A stretch of DNA of 61,832 bases, counting the filler, from Sphacelaria rigidula (Eukaryota), in assembly GCA_964200075.2 (NCBI GenBank). It is 7 parts of 7 records of this genome, joined end to end, with 100 filler letters (N's around TTAATTAATTAA, not from the genome) between each part and the next. Parts side by side here need not be neighbours in the genome. Positions count along the whole stretch, not along the records: positions 53,087 to 61,832 come from CAXNAA020010209.1; 6 more parts are not named here. One strand, 5' to 3'. The translations under genes were made by a program, and so were the position numbers. The notes below the pieces were generated by a model, which saw nothing but the letters and a program-made list of their open reading frames with translations, made no database searches and was not told the DNA's origin. Below, in pieces: positions 59,901 through 61,832 of this stretch (positions are counted from its first letter, which is position 1; every line of letters begins with the position of its first letter).

Positions 59901-61832
59901 ATGTTAATCATGTGGTAATTTCACTCATGGGGAACAGCGTGGAATACAAGATACTGTTCCGAGACTGTTGGAAGAAAATGCGACGGGTTAGCCGATGGGA
60001 AACGCTACTGATAATGTTGTTCCAAGAACGGTACTTCAGAATGACGGTTCAGATTGATCCTGAGAATGTTCTTCAAGGTGCTTCCTCATTATCGTTCCCA
60101 AATCATCTAAGAAGGAGCGCAGACTTCGCTTGTGCTGTGCTTGCTGTACGCTTCAGCTGAATGGAACATACGGGGAGTTGTCTTGTGGTGTGCTGTGGGC
60201 CTCCGCTGGATGAAATAAGGGACACTTGTCATAACTTGAAATGTAGCTGATGAAGATGCACCGCCGCATTTCTCGCCCCTATGTGGTCAGTTTGAATTGT
60301 CGCCTCTCGTATATGCCGATCAAATTGAACGTGATGATAAAAACACTAGTGGTAAGCCACGGCTGACGCGCGTGGCAGCGGTGCCGCGGGTATCAACGGC
60401 ACAAGTCTCGCACGTCATCAAAATATTTCCTGATGATCACCATCATTTGATCAGTGAAAGCAGATGAGAACTCCCAACCCCACGGCTAACCGTAACCACT
60501 ACGAAAGAAGAAAATGGAGGCCTGACCGTGTTGGCGCCGACCCGACAGCGCTACTTTCATGGAAAAACTATCTATCCCTAAAAAGCAAGGACCAAACCGA
60601 GTAGAATGACGCACCGTCTCTCATCTAGCCCCCCCACCCGATTTACAGTTATATTTTCTTAAGGTGTGCCCTGGACCACTTATGTTGAGATGACAGCGCA
60701 TTGGATCTTTCCTTCTCCGCACGCTTGCTACAACACACCGGTGATGGATAAAAATCACTTTTGAAAATTTATTGCCCCAACAACGACCAGTTTTCAGTCC
60801 GATCGAGAAGCATTTATGTCCAGATTAGGGTTGCACACAAACTATCAAAGAGGGATTGATGAAGTTGTACGCACGAAAATAGAAGAGGCGTTTCCGTCGT
60901 ATAACGTCATCTTTTTGCCTGCGGCGTGGGGGAGCAAATAAGGGACCTACTCAAGTCGACGATACACGGCTACAGCAGAGCCCCACGGTATTGTCCACGC
61001 ATAGCAGCAGCACACAATGGACAGCACGCCACACAGCACAGCAATGAAACAGTACGCTTAGGGTTACACGCAATTCTACACCATGAGTGGCGCGGTCAGT
61101 CGTGGTGCAGGTGCTGCACCCGCCACCGGCAATTTCGCATTGGAGGGTTCTCCCTAACTTGACAACCGATTCTGCCTTGTCGATGACACTGTTCCTTTTG
61201 AATGTCAAGGGGTGAAGGGTGTCTTCAAACAGGGCACCGGTTCCGTGTCGAGTGCCTCGAGTACCTGCCAGCAGCCGGAGCCATTGTTGCACGGCATGAG
61301 ATATTTGTTGCTACTCTGGCTACAGGCTGTCGCTACCGTGCGCTCGAGAGTGCATACATGTGTGTGAGCGTGGCCGGCATCCGAGGTCATCGTGATAGAG
61401 CGGGCAAGGAGCAGAAGTGAATATACAAACGTCGCAAAGCCGATCACACCTTTCGTTTTTTTGTCCGTGTTCCTTGATTAATTTCTGAACCCACGTGCAG
61501 ATCTGGGGTTCGATCTGTACAAAACTGTTCTCGATAGGATTCAAAACTGGTTGTTCTGGGGGCAATCCCTCTTCAAAAGGCGATGTTGAAAAAGAGGGGA
61601 AAAACTTTCGATAACAAAGGCCCACTCCGTGATGTTCAAATGGTGAGACACCCATGAGGCAGTGTATCAGCCATGGTTGCATGTGTGAGTGTATTCTAGC
61701 GCCCTGTCTATCTGCTTCTGTAATCCACGTGCTGTTCCTGAAATCCCCATTGGATCACCTGCGAATATCAATCCTTCCGTAGGGGGGGGGGGGTGTACTC
61801 ATGATCATGCTTGCCATAGTGATCAGACCATT

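Overview
This is eukaryotic genomic DNA, most likely from a brown alga (Phaeophyceae). That is an inference from ~50% GC, short exons in multi-kb GT-AG introns, TTAGGG tracts and the repeat content. It is not one contiguous locus: six identical 100-nt artificial spacers (N44-TTAATTAATTAA-N44) cut it into seven segments of 8746-8749 bp, and no gene continues across a spacer. Segment 1 holds a decayed Ty3/gypsy chromovirus-type LTR retrotransposon (676-5195, GGCC TSD) with a fold-back MITE inside its protease, probably nested in an older hAT-like element. Segment 2 holds three exons of an Exo70 gene (+). Segment 3 holds three exons of a DDHD/SEC23IP-type phospholipase gene (-). Segment 4 holds six in-phase exons of a GH95 alpha-L-fucosidase gene (-) with two LINE fragments in its introns. 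Segment 6 holds two exons of a membrane protein with a MENTAL/TMD0-like motif (-). Segments 5 and 7 are mostly transposon remnants. I found no CRISPR array, rRNA, intact tRNA, intact transposase or prokaryote-type system, and no clearly new biological system. The most unusual signals concern mobile DNA: a LINE family with no 3' UTR or poly(A) that sits in poly(C)/poly(G) tracts, a TG..CA MITE carrying telomeric repeats, a Copia fold-back fused at a palindrome, a tRNA-headed (CA)n-tailed SINE with a candidate partner LINE, and dispersed 29-bp arrays with a palindromic core. Family assignments come from recalled motifs, not from database searches.
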